A stretch of 63,818 bases of DNA, the filler included, from Octopus bimaculoides (taxonomy: Eukaryota), in NCBI RefSeq assembly GCF_001194135.2. It is 5 parts of 5 records of this genome, joined end to end, with 100 filler letters (N's around TTAATTAATTAA, not from the genome) between each part and the next. Parts side by side here need not be neighbours in the genome. Positions count along the whole stretch, not along the records: positions 62,748 to 63,818 come from NW_026380467.1; 4 more parts are not named here. One strand, 5' to 3'. Shown here piece after piece: positions 62,748-63,818 of the stretch. The position numbers were made by a program, and so were the translations under genes. The notes under the pieces were generated by a model that saw only the letters and a list, made by a program, of their open reading frames with translations, searched no databases and had not been told where the DNA came from. Numbering within the stretch: position 1 is the stretch's first letter; every line of letters begins with the position of its first letter.

Positions 62748-63175
62748 GTTCATCTTTGATGTTACAAGGAGTTTTGTTGGTCTCTCACTCAACTGCGACC
62801 TGCACATAATAACCAAGGGGGTTGCAATCTGGGGAGTTAGGTGGCCAGATGTCAAGGGTGGTGTGGTCGCAGAAATTGTCTGAAACTATGACTGGGTTCT
62901 CCTGCTTGTCTGGCATGGTGCAGAGTCCTGTTGCCAGACATAGAGTCTTCCAGCAGACACCCTCTTGACCCAAGGGAGTACCACCTCCTCCAGGCACTTG
63001 ATGTAGGGTTCCGTGTTGAGTCTGAGCCCGTGTGGGAAGATGAATGGAGGCATAACGTTGTCATCACTAATGATCACTCCAAACACCATGATGTTGACTG
63101 GATGCTTGATTTTTATCACTCTCGGTACATGTTTTGGGGACACAGCGAGCCAACGGTTGTTCTGTGTGTTCATTA
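62748..63175 (-). pseudogene. maT/DD37D-like transposase fragment
   Basis: IMVFGVIISDDNVMPPFIFPHGLRLN...YVWQQDSAPC...WPPNSPDCNPLGYYV; TAG plus a frameshift; the last catalytic D reads G. Confidence 0.85.
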
Positions 63176-63818
63176 TCTGTTCATATTGGAGCTTCCGGCA
63201 TATAATACATTCATATTATATATAATAGTAATAATGATAATATAAATAATATATAAATATATATGCATACATACATATATGTACATACATACATATGTAT
63301 ATATACATGCATATATGGGCACAAGACACCACAGAACGTAAACAACATGAATTACGAAAACAACATGAAATACGAAATAAGAAAATATGGAATACGAACT
63401 TCTTTTGCGAACAACGAAAGAAACGAATGGAAAACAAGACAAGCAACATAAAAAAACGCCCCATCATCAGTTGTCGGCTGTTTTTCTACTTCGTATTTCG
63501 ACAAGATACGTTTCGACAAAACAGTTGCTCCCGCAAAGCAAATTAAATAAAATTTGGGATTTTGCAGAGGGTCAAAGTTGGTAACAAAAACAGGATGGTG
63601 AAATCAAAGAGGAAGGGCTACTAAGCCTGAACGAGTTGAGTATATATGGCAGCTGCTTATATAAAATATCTATATCTATAATCATATATATTCACATGTA
63701 CCCACTTGCATGCTTATATATGCATACATACACACGTATAAACTCGCATACACATATATACGTACGTATATATATATATACGTATCTGTCTATCTATCTA
63801 TCTATCTATCTATCTATT

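Noticed and set aside
2850-63546. Dozens of track ORFs rich in HT, YI, CV, poly-H, poly-N or X
   Set aside because: Translations of (CA)n, (TA)n or trinucleotide microsatellites and N gaps; no splice or domain support.

Overview
AT-rich, microsatellite- and SINE-dense eukaryotic DNA, most consistent with an octopus (coleoid cephalopod) genome; the taxon is inferred from repeat content. The window is not one contig. Four 100-bp N44-TTAATTAATTAA-N44 spacers split it into five joined segments (1-26789, 26890-47358, 47459-57058, 57159-62647, 62748-63818), and there are many other N gaps. Segment 1 carries six minus-strand exons of a Caskin-family gene. They have canonical GT-AG sites and splice in frame through the linker, SAM1, SAM2 and the start of the C-terminal tail; no ankyrin or SH3 exons were found. 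Segment 3 carries a long plus-strand ORF (54104-56600, interrupted by an N gap) for an unrecognised Cys/His/Gln-rich protein, followed by a 79-nt hairpin that contains an AATAAA. The rest is transposon debris: several tRNA-derived SINE families, TTAA-flanked piggyBac-type MITEs, mariner, Tc1, maT and hAT fragments, RTE and CR1-like LINE fragments, a Helitron-like end, and three R4/Dong-like restriction-endonuclease LINE fragments. Two of those three sit inside (AAT)n and (CATA)n microsatellites. There is also a 29-bp minisatellite and a ~130-bp repeat-derived satellite with a 171/132 higher-order period. Almost all ORFs in the supplied track are microsatellite or N-gap artefacts. Exon, linker and hairpin coordinates were counted by hand; repeat boundaries are approximate.
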